Shown here: one piece after another, positions 53,990 through 64,000 of the stretch
Position numbering within the stretch: the first letter of the stretch is position 1
Layout of the letters: each line of letters begins with the position of its first letter
Assembly: GCA_951406725.2 (NCBI GenBank)
Contig: OX597814.1
Coordinates: 59,458,001-59,522,000, forward strand
Direction of reading: 5' to 3'
Length of the DNA stretch: 64,000 nucleotides
DNA from: Octopus vulgaris
Taxonomy: Eukaryota
Position numbers and translations under genes: made by a program
The notes under the pieces: model-generated
Told to the model about the DNA's origin: nothing
What the model saw: only the letters and a program-made list of their open reading frames with translations
The model's database searches: none

Positions 53990-54529
53990 CCCAAAGCTCT
54001 TATAATTATTTTGCAACGTTTGTTTTTCAAAGTAGTGGTTTTCTGATTGCAGTCCTCCAGTGAAATCCGGCTTGTGCAGCTACCGGCGAACAGTTTTTGT
54101 GGGAACTGAGTTCTCGAGGTGGTCAATGAGCGCTGCAGAAATTTTGGGAGCTGTACTTTTGTGATCCTTTCTAACAATCCGACAGTCCCGATCTGAAAGT
54201 TTCGGTTTTCTTTCTGAGTTTTGTTTCGACGAGGAGGTTTTTCCATCTTTCTCAAATGCATTTTGATACGCTATACCTTTCGGCTGTTTTCTTAATTTTA
54301 GTGCCTACCAGACGAGTACCAACAAATTTACCTCTTTGAAAGTCCGATAGATCTGTCATTTTAATGAATTTTAATGACCTTATTCTGATGATATCTGAAA
54401 GGAAACAGCAATTTTAGCAAAGCATATTACGCAACACTAATAATAAATTAAAAGACATAAAAATTTATCGATATCTCAAAATTATGATGCTATGATGCTA
54501 GGTTTTTCCATTATTTTGTCCAACCCCTG
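53990..54529 (-). mobile_element. 5' part of a Tc1-like transposon
   Basis: Minus strand TA|CAGGGGTTGGACAAAATAATGG TIR. Transposase start MTDLSDFQRGKFVGTRLVG. Confidence 0.75.
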
Positions 54530-54798
54530 TACATATGTATCCATGTATGTATGTGTGTGTGTAATTCTTTGGAATATATTTTGTTATCGTTTTACGTTTA
54601 TAGAATTAAGGATGGTAACTAGTAAAATGTTAAGTCTCAGTTGTTTATGTCAAGACAACTTTTGATCGATTTATGCATTGATATGTGTTGTACTGTACAT
54701 ATGCGAGTGCTTGTTGATCAACTTGTTCTTGGGCAAACGTGTTGCGACAAAATTCATGTATTTTTCATTACGGTGTATTTGTATGAGTTCATACATAG

Positions 54799-54892
<94 letters not shown>

Positions 54893-55834
54893 CATACATA
54901 CATATATACAGGCATACATACGTGCATACATACATACATATATACATACACACACATGTATATGAGTAAAACAACTAGTTTTAAATCCCTAAATAAAAGC
55001 TAAGTAGTAACTATACTGCATAGTAAAATGTATTTGCCAACGAGATCAGTTACTGACTATTTCTTATATATTCATATTCAGTGCGTAGGGTCGAGTAAAC
55101 CGCTATTTCTGGACGGCGGTTGTCCAGCACAGAGGACGGGAAATTACCCAGAAACTATTGGCCTGTTGATAATGCTAGTCGCTAGTAGAGAGTAGTACGC
55201 TCACCTTATATTGCCGACACAGGGCGTGTGTCGATAACCAGCTGGAAAAGATGTTATCCTGCGGCTAAAATGTAGTAACATGGTCCTACGCAGGAATGCC
55301 GCCTTACGATGGCAATGAGATTTTACTATATATATATACATATGCGAAAGTATGCAAATGTTCACCCAACAACCTCAGTTGTAGAATAGCTTGTTATTTT
55401 TAAAATTTTCATTGTTCCTCTACTCGAATGAATCTAGAGAATATAACCGAAAGAGATTCTACGATCCCCAGGCTAGAGTTACATGCCTCGTCGAGTAGGG
55501 TTAATCCAGAGGTCCTTGGGAGGAACCCTACTTCAGCTACTTGTGTTTGCCATCGTACGCCTTTTCTGAATATCCATTATTCATGTCCTTAGGTGAGAAT
55601 GGACGCGAAGACCAAATTGCGTGTAGATAAATAGAGAGATAGATAGACAGATAGATAGATAAATATTTTATAAAATTAGACAGACAGACAGGCAGACATA
55701 AAGTCGGATAGGCAGACCAGACAGAAAGACAGACAGACAAACAGACAGACAGACAGGCAGGCAGACAGACAGACAGGCAGACAGATATATAGATAGATAG
55801 ATAGATTGATAGAGAGATAGATTGATAGAGAGAG

Positions 55835-55891
<57 letters not shown>

Positions 55892-56350
55892 CGTTTCTTT
55901 ATTGGCCACACAGGGCTGCACACAGATGGGACAAATTACAAGGTAGAGCTTTTCTTTTGGGGGATGAAAAAAACAAAAAAAAAAAACTAAAGAAAAAAAA
56001 GTGGCGTAGGTTTTCGATCAAAAAGGATCGTAAAAGGAAAAAAAGGAAAAGAAACAAAAGAAAAGAAAAAGGAAAAAAGAAGAAAAAAGAGGAAAAAGAG
56101 TAAGAGGGAAAAAAACGATCAATAGGTATCGTGTATCACAGTGTCACGATGTACGGTGTAAAGGGGGAAGCAGATAAGGTTTATCCGTGGGAAGAAAAGC
56201 CTACGAAAAAGACCACGGTAACCTCGGTCAATATTGTTATATGTTACCATATTTGTTTGCAAGTGGGTAACCCTCTGTTTTCAATTTCTGGGTTCATAGG
56301 ACTGTGCTCAAGGTGCCTTCGTCATTCCTACGTGCCATCATTGCTACATT
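55892..56350 (-). mobile_element. 3' end of an L1/Tx1-like LINE
   Basis: Minus strand has a pyrimidine-rich UTR, then AATAAA a few bases before a (TATC)n tract. Clade assignment is tentative. Confidence 0.5.
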
Positions 56351-56386
56351 CACTCATCTTTTTTTAAAACATTCGCTAGACAAAAT

Positions 56387-56462
<76 letters not shown>

Positions 56463-56515
56463 GTTGTAATGATATATATTTGATAAACTTAGTTAGATAA
56501 GTAAATAGATAGATA

Positions 56516-58390
56516 GGTAAGTAGCGTGCTTACGCATGCACTGTTTTTAGTGTTGTTCTTCGCACTAAAGAAGTCGCACGCTATTTTGTAGCTGCGAATT
56601 ATTGACAGAAAGAGCTTAACTGTAAGGTAAGGCTTTTGTTTTTTGGGTCCAGTGGGGTTTTGTTGTTTAGTGTGTAATATTTTTCCCAGGCAAAGTGTCC
56701 TCACTGGATTCTAGACATTTGTCGGCTTGTTGTTGAGTATTATTGTTCCCTTGAGGTGAATTGTTTGGGGACATGTCTCACCTCCAAAAAAGTTGTGAAA
56801 TTCGTTGAATTTTACCAAAAATTGTGGATTTTACCAAAAAGTCGTAAAATTCGTGGAATTGTACCAATTTGTGGAGGTCTGTTCCTGCTAGTGGATTACC
56901 CTAGACAAGGAGTACTGTCGGCCGGAATTGTGCTTTAGTGAATTCTGCCGGTGTTTTTTCTTCGAACGTTTTTTGAAATTGCATTGACTTTTTTTGGACT
57001 CAAACTGATAAGGTGTTGGAGTGAAAAATTGCCCCACCCAAACAAAGGATAAAAGGTCTTCAGGAGAGAACGATGGTGCTGCAAAAGTACGCTTGACACC
57101 ATCACCCTCTTCAAAAAGATTGATATAGATAGAGAGAGAGAGCCGGCAGAATACATGCCAACTGTAAAATTTATTTCCTGGAATGTCAAATATGCGACGG
57201 TGTGATTGCTATTTGATACCGATGAAGAGACTCGCAATTTTGCCAGTCAGCTCTTAGAGGGCGAAGTGATATTGTTTCTTCCAACGTATTGTGGGAAGAA
57301 GTTGACAAGGGCGTTGGTATGCGGGTTTCTACCCGGGATAGAACTCGAGTGGATAGAAGACACTATCCGCTGTGGTCAGAGTGGTAGCGGAGCCAAGCTC
57401 CTCAATGTAAAAAAATAGTCTGCGGCTGATTAGGTGAGATCAAAAGTGGTTTTGAACCTGTGGACCCAATCGGCCAAGAAACTTGTGTTTCCAGATTTTC
57501 TTAAAATGGCCGGTTGTAGATATCTTGTGAGTCTTGAGGGACGCCCCCACCCCCCAAGTGTCACCTGTACCTGGAACCAGACCACATTAAAAAGAACTGT
57601 CCCCAGGACCAAAGTAGGGTCCTGGAACAGTCAGTTATGGAAGAACCCCCACCTCCCCCTTCGGAGGGAGAGATGGAGTCAGTGGAGACCTCCCCGGAAA
57701 AAAGCGGCAAAAGAGCAAGAAGATGGGCAAAAATGGTTGCCCACCGAAGGACCCCAAGGCTGCATGAGGGAAGGAAGATCCTACGGTTAAAGCGGAGCAA
57801 CTACACCCTCCTTTAGCAAAGGGGAGATAAAAAGAAGAAAAACGGATCAGTGCCGGCGGTTAATGCACTGCCGGCATATTCCGAAGCCCCGTCGGTGAAA
57901 AATTTACTAGAAATTTACTATAAAGTTTGCCAGAGGAGACATAACCTGCATTAAAGATCCTGGATGGCCTCAGCAGGTAGCTGTGGAGGTTTTCTCAGAC
58001 ACGAATATTGTCAAGGTATTAAACACCTTCCCAGAAGATTATTCCGCTTCCGATTAAGGCACCCTGGTCTGGCACTACTGGAGTGCTTAAGTGACGCTTT
58101 GAACCTGGTCGAGTGCCAGCGAGGCGAAAAATATTAAAAATTAAAAGAGAGTGCCTCATAATGAAAAAGCATAAGGCCCATAAGAGAAAATGTAAGTGTC
58201 CTAGTGTCTCACTTTTAAGGGCTTTGTGTTATTTTTGGTAAGAGGCTGAGTGCCTCATTGTAAGGACCTTGTGTCCAAGCGGAACATTAATAAGATGTTT
58301 ATTACCTCAAATTGTATGTTTTCTAAAAGAACAATGTTTTAGAGAAGCAGAGTTCGACGGGCGTCTTCTTCCTTCCCTCATTAATACCAT
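56516..58390 (+). mobile_element. 5' UTR and decayed ORF1-like region of a LINE (Tx1/L1-like, tentative)
   Basis: Higher-GC block with overlapping broken ORFs (57206-57418, 57434-57790). Starts right after (GATA)n. No RT motifs are visible. Confidence 0.4.
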
Positions 58391-59109
58391 CTTTTCATCA
58401 ATCATCTTATTAATGTTATTGTCCAGCCCGCAGCTACTACTTCTATGTAATGCCTTGATGGTAAATTGAATGAAATAAAGTAGGTAGATAGATAGATAAA
58501 TAGATAGATAGATCTGTTGAACAATTTTATACGCAACAGTGAAACAATTTCTATAAATTTATTATCTCCTTATTAACTTGTATAAATACGTATATTTCTT
58601 TTGATGATTTGAACTGTGCCATTAATCATTCATTGATTTAATCGCGTCCTTATCCTCAAAGCAGTTAGCTGCATCAAAATGTTTCGTGAAATTTCTACAT
58701 TATTGCGTCTATGCTGAGTGTAATACTTAAATTCCTTACATATAGCATCGAAAGTAATGTCATTACAAATAGAAATAATAAAATAAGGAGGGTAATAATA
58801 TAGTGTTTAGAATATTTCTAACTCTGATATATCAATATATGCTTCATTGTATATATAATTCGTTTCGAAGCCTCTCTCAGAAAGCTATTTATTTTAATTA
58901 TAATTACCATTGCCGTTCAATCACTTAGAAGCAACTCGTAATTAAATTTTTATCAAACATTTATTTGAATGCTCTCAATGGGAAAATGTGAGACATTTCT
59001 TCCCTTGATATGTCTTTACTTCAGAAGCTTACTTTTCATTGCTCAGTTCTCAGCACTATTAGCTTAAATGTGAATAAGTTGAGGGTTAAAAACATATAGA
59101 ATTTACCAA

Positions 59110-60902
59110 TTTGTTTGGCATCTTACTGAAACCCATTCTTAAAAATATCGAAAACTCCATTAGAGATCATCTCGATATGTTACCCGAGACAATCAATGAA
59201 AAGACAGGCATGGTATCCTTCGATGTTTTGAACCTGTATACTAATATCCTACACGACTATGGAATAGAATCATTCAAATTCTGGTTGGAAGAATTATCCA
59301 GTAGATTTACCAGGAACAAGGTATTTATAATTGAAGCATGAAAATTCATTCCCCAGAAAATTACTTCTTGTTTGTTACCAATGACTACCGATATGAATGT
59401 GGAAAGGCGATGGGTACAAAAGCAGCCCCAGTTCTTACTAACTTAGTAATGGAGTGTTTAAAATCGGCAATATATCAAAATATCGATACTCATTTTACCA
59501 ATATGTGAACAAGAAATGATAGCTGGATGACTGTCTTATTTTTTGGAATGTAAGTATTGATACATCATTCTAATTTAAAACCCTGCTTAATGATATAAAT
59601 GCTACCATTCAATTTGCTAAGGAATACAGCAAAGAGAAACTTCCATTCCTTGATATTTTAATTTAGAAAGTAAACAACCAAATTGAAACCGATATCTATT
59701 ATAAATCCACAGACTCGAGGCAATACGTACTACATAACTCATGCACTAGAAGCAGATTAAAATAAATTTAGAAAAGGATTCGCGGAAACGGGATTTGCGA
59801 CACCATGAACATATACATATATTAGTCGAGAGATATTATCCACGATCACTGACAGCTAATGGGATATAAAATGTACCAAGAGAATTGATATCCAAACACC
59901 GAGAGAAATAAAACGAAATAATAAACCCGATCAAACATTACTACCCTATATTTCTAGCCACAATTCTAGAAACAATGAGGCATATAACCCTATTATTCAA
60001 AATTTACCTATGCTCACTAAGATGAACTAACTTCTACGCACACACAAATTCATCAAACGCAAAACCAACCAAAGTCACTTGGAGAATATTGACAGTTGTG
60101 AAAACTGAACCCAACAGCAACAGAACCAAGAGTGAAAAGATGCGGGGATCCAAACTATGGAAAATGTCTCATCTTCCTGAAAGGGCTGAAATTCCACTTC
60201 AAACAAAGCCAAAGATTCAAACATAAGACTGAGTTTACACCTGCATCTGAAAACTTAATATATGTGATAACTTGTTGAGGATGTGTCCTTAGCTATATAG
60301 GTTGACCAAGTATACCTCTCAGACAGAGAATAGTATAGTGAAAAAACTGTTTTCCCAGGTGTAGGTAAATGCCGTTAAGTAATAGAGAGATACGAAGGAC
60401 TTCTCCAACCAAATTTCATAATTTCTTTCCCTATTTACTAATGCAACGACAAATTCTGTACAACAACCGTCAGATATAATATCTTCCTTTATTGAAAAAT
60501 ACGAACCACACTTGATTATGAAGATATAACCGATTTTAGAATTTGTAAATATCTTAATTACTAAATATACAATTGCATTACCTAATCGTAAACAAAAACC
60601 GATAATAACCCCAACCCAGCTTGCTTCTAATACTTATAAATTACCTCTCGTCAAAAATTGATTTCCTTCCAGATTCATTCACAAAATATCATTCCTATTA
60701 CTAAAATAGAATGAAAACATCCTATGGTTGATGTAATTGTAATATTATCACTAAATGTTTAATCCTGATTAGCAAAAGCGAAACCGATCGCTTTTGTAAC
60801 TATTTCATCGCATAAAACAATATATATATTCTATACGTCAACCAGCCATTGACTTTTTCGCCACAATATATCACGGGTGGATTTTTCTTTCAGCGAAGCT
60901 TG

Positions 60903-60905
<3 letters not shown>
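59110..60905 (+). mobile_element. Decayed 5'-truncated PLE (RT-EN plus 3' UTR)
   Basis: ILLKPILK, VSFDVLNLYTNI, GKAMGT, LDD, LPFLDILI, YYKSTD and SENLIYVITC. Ends at (TA)n. Confidence 0.85.
60761..60793 (+). ncRNA. Decayed minimal hammerhead in the PLE 3' UTR
   Basis: AATC-CTGATTA-GC-AAAA-GC-GAAA-CCGA-TC-GCTT. Three substitutions away from a canonical minimal HHR, at the expected position. Confidence 0.5.
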
Positions 60906-60962
<57 letters not shown>

Positions 60963-60963
<1 letters not shown>

Positions 60964-61800
60964 TAGCAGAGATACAGCACTCCGGGCGGTTTTCTGCTTT
61001 CCACTCAATAATATTTCCACATGTGATTCCGACATCTAATAATTTTCATATTTTAAGTCTAATTATTTTTTAGTATTATAGTCCTCTCTTGCTTAGTAAA
61101 TACTGCTTTCATTATTTTATCACAGTCATAAACTCCCTTTTTTTAAACAAACATCAACGTAGTCCAACTACGTTTAATGTGTCAAACATATCAGCAATCA
61201 CATATAGATATTTTAATAACTAAAGCGTATCAAATAGCCAAATCAGCAAATTCAATTGCTAATTCTTCGGTAACGACAGAAAGAAAATATGTCATATGAG
61301 TCCGAAGCTTCAGTAAATTTTTAAAAATTCGTCCAATGTAATTTATTTTCAGTATGCATAAACAATAAACTGAGGGCATTTACACAGCAAATTTAAGTAA
61401 GCAAAGTACCCGTTTTCCTCATTCGAAATAACGAAATAAAAATTGAAAGGAAAAAAACTGTAATGAATATGTCTTAAGTAGATTATTATTAATGAAAACA
61501 ATTAGAGGCGGGAGGGAGAGAAAGTGAGATTGTGTTGCAAATGAAAAGAAAAACATTTGTGAGAACATATTAATACTGCTTATCAAATGTTAAAACTCAC
61601 TCTGCAGTGAACGTAAAGCTTGGCAACAAATATCTAAATTTGTGATAGTAAATAATAACAGACGCTTCGCAAATGCTATTTTTATCGATATATATTAACA
61701 GAAGAATTTATAAAAAGTTTCCAGGGTCAAACCTACAATATGGCTATTATGGAAGGTGTGACTAACTAACTAACGGCCATCACAGGATTTTATAAGTAGA
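60963..61800 (-). mobile_element. Non-autonomous Helitron
   Basis: Minus strand A|TCTACTTATAAAA..(GTTA)n at the 5' end. GC-rich subterminal motif and CTAG|T at the 3' end. Confidence 0.7.
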
Positions 61801-61821
61801 TATATAGCTGAGTTAATCTGT

Positions 61822-61853
<32 letters not shown>

Positions 61854-61854
61854 C

Positions 61855-61897
<43 letters not shown>

Positions 61898-61985
61898 TGT
61901 GTGTATGTGTGTCTATATATGTATATTTATCATTCATAATTGGTAGAACTTACAGAGCTGTGCATATACAGACAGATAAACAGAC

Positions 61986-62081
<96 letters not shown>

Positions 62082-62419
62082 GAATGGATGGATGGATGGA
62101 TGGATGGATATACACACACAGACGCACGCACGTACAAAACACTTGTACTGTGGTAACACATGGAAATGGCGTTTCCTTATTTTTTCGTATATACCCAAAT
62201 TTAAAATGATCTAATATAACGATATCATTCATCCAACATGTGTTGAAATATGCCAAAACCATTTCATTCCTCACAAATGTATGCTAGTGTACATATAGTG
62301 TATGTGTTAATTCTATTTGCTGAAACTTGCTAAAAAGCATATTTTGCTTTAAAGTAGTATCTCCTTGTGGACATAATTGTCTGTAATCGGACCGTTTTCC
62401 ATTTCTCTCAGCCAGTATT

Positions 62420-63450
62420 TTTACATTAGCCTTTTTAGAACTTTACATAATGCAACATACAGCTGACCATACGAGAAGAATTGTGTCGGAAGATTTATTC
62501 CAATTTGTTCAAATGTCTGACCCCGTGCCTTGTTGCATGTCAAGTCAAAAGTTGCTTTGACAGAAAATTGCGTGTAAATGTAAATGAAAATTCCATTTGT
62601 TGAGATACATGTGGCATTCTTGGGATTAGCAATGTCAATTCTGCATAAGGACCAGAAGCAATCTCAGCCTCAATATCATGTAAACTGACAATGATGTAGT
62701 GTGTGCCATTGCAATGTCCAATAGTAGCATCTAAAGTCCTCAGATTAAGCAGCATTTTTTCTTCAGTTTGAGAATATGTGGTGGAAACCTTGATGGTGTA
62801 AGTTTGCTGATGACTTCGATTGGGTATAGAGTTTCATTATCAGCTGTATTTGAGTTTCTGTATATTTTCAACTCATCAGGGATCCTGATCGACAGGAAAG
62901 CATTTGTTGCAATAACAGTAGTTCTATTTGCAAGCCGCATATGGTATATGAAGTTATTTTCAGGGTCACCATGTACAAAATCACATGGATCTGAAACAAT
63001 ACCACTTTGAAGGCAAAGGTCATTAGGTAGTTTGGTTTTTTAATTCACCTCGGCTTTGTTCAACAGAAATGTTACCATTTCCTACATCAAGAAGGTAATT
63101 AGCAAACTATCTTTCATCAGAATTAACTTCTGTAATAAGTCTTAGATTGGTTATCAATTCCACTACTTCCACATGATTTCAAAGAAAAGATATCTTTAGT
63201 GTTGCATCAACAAACTGTGATCTGGCACGATTATTTTGAAGCAGAATATTCTCCTCTCGAGATTATTTAACCAGTCGGTCAAACGTAGCGGAAACAGAAT
63301 CATGTTTACGTCTCGGAGCATATTCAGACATCTGTTTCAGTTGTTTTGCCCTGGTTTTATCTGATTCAGTTGCCTATCTTTCTCTCTGCTGTTGTGCCTT
63401 TACTGCTAAATTTTCAGTTTCAGTCGCCTTTCTTTTTCGACGCACTATGT
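62420..63450 (-). pseudogene. Helitron Rep/helicase remnant (PIF1-like helicase C-terminal motifs)
   Basis: LTPSRFPPHILKLK, GHCNGT, LLIPRMP, NKARGQTFEQIGINL and FFSYGQLYVAL. Confidence 0.85.
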
Positions 63451-64000
63451 TGAATTGCAAAATTCAAAAATAATATTTGTGTGATAACGAAATTAAACCG
63501 GGAGTGTGTGCTTTTATATTAGAGAGACAGTGTGAGTGTGTTTGTGTGTGAGAGGGAGGCAGAAGAGAGAGAATATTGCAAACATTGAATGAAAATAAAC
63601 ATGAAATCAAAAATATCGTATAAGTGAAAACTCGTTAAAAACAGCCGCGATCACATAGTTATTATTGTAAAGATTATAGCGTTCCAAGCAACCAAACCAA
63701 CGAAATCACTTCTTCATTTAGAAAAGAAGAGAATTATTCCGGTATATTAATGAATTTTCATATTATTATAAATATTCATTTAACAAACTCCGGAAGCTGA
63801 TAATATTTTTGAAATTGTGCCTCGAGTCAAAATTATATGGCTATTATTAAATTATCATTATTGAAAATAGAAGCGAGCGAGAAAGAGTAAGTGTTGCAAA
63901 TGGGAACGTAAAATTTCACCTGCAGCGAATTAATATTGTTTATTATTAAGCATTACAATCTACTCCGCAGTGAATGCAATGAATATTTAAATTTATGAAT

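Noticed and set aside
58858-58886. Minus-strand CTGAGA..GAAACG hammerhead-like string
   Set aside because: The core is one base short, there is no UH, and stem I does not pair.

Overview
AT-rich, microsatellite-dense eukaryotic DNA, most likely a coleoid cephalopod (Octopus-like SINE repertoire; this is inference). No intact host gene is evident, and nearly all listed ORFs are microsatellite artefacts. The window is a mosaic of decayed mobile elements: Penelope-like retroelements (PLEs; RT plus C-terminal GIY-YIG), an RTE LINE, a Tx1/L1-like LINE, mariner/Tc1 transposons, Helitrons and tRNA-derived SINEs. The main hidden signal is RNA structure. At least seven recognisable, plus several decayed, minimal type-I hammerhead ribozyme (HHR) motifs lie in PLE-type terminal repeats of different families. 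All have a palindromic or near-palindromic stem III, implying dimeric activity. Three sequence-distinct families replace the canonical C3-G8 core pair with a compensatory U3-A8 pair (UUGANAA). These units sit next to (TA)n tracts and often form fold-back inverted repeats. All structures were folded by eye and none is experimentally tested.
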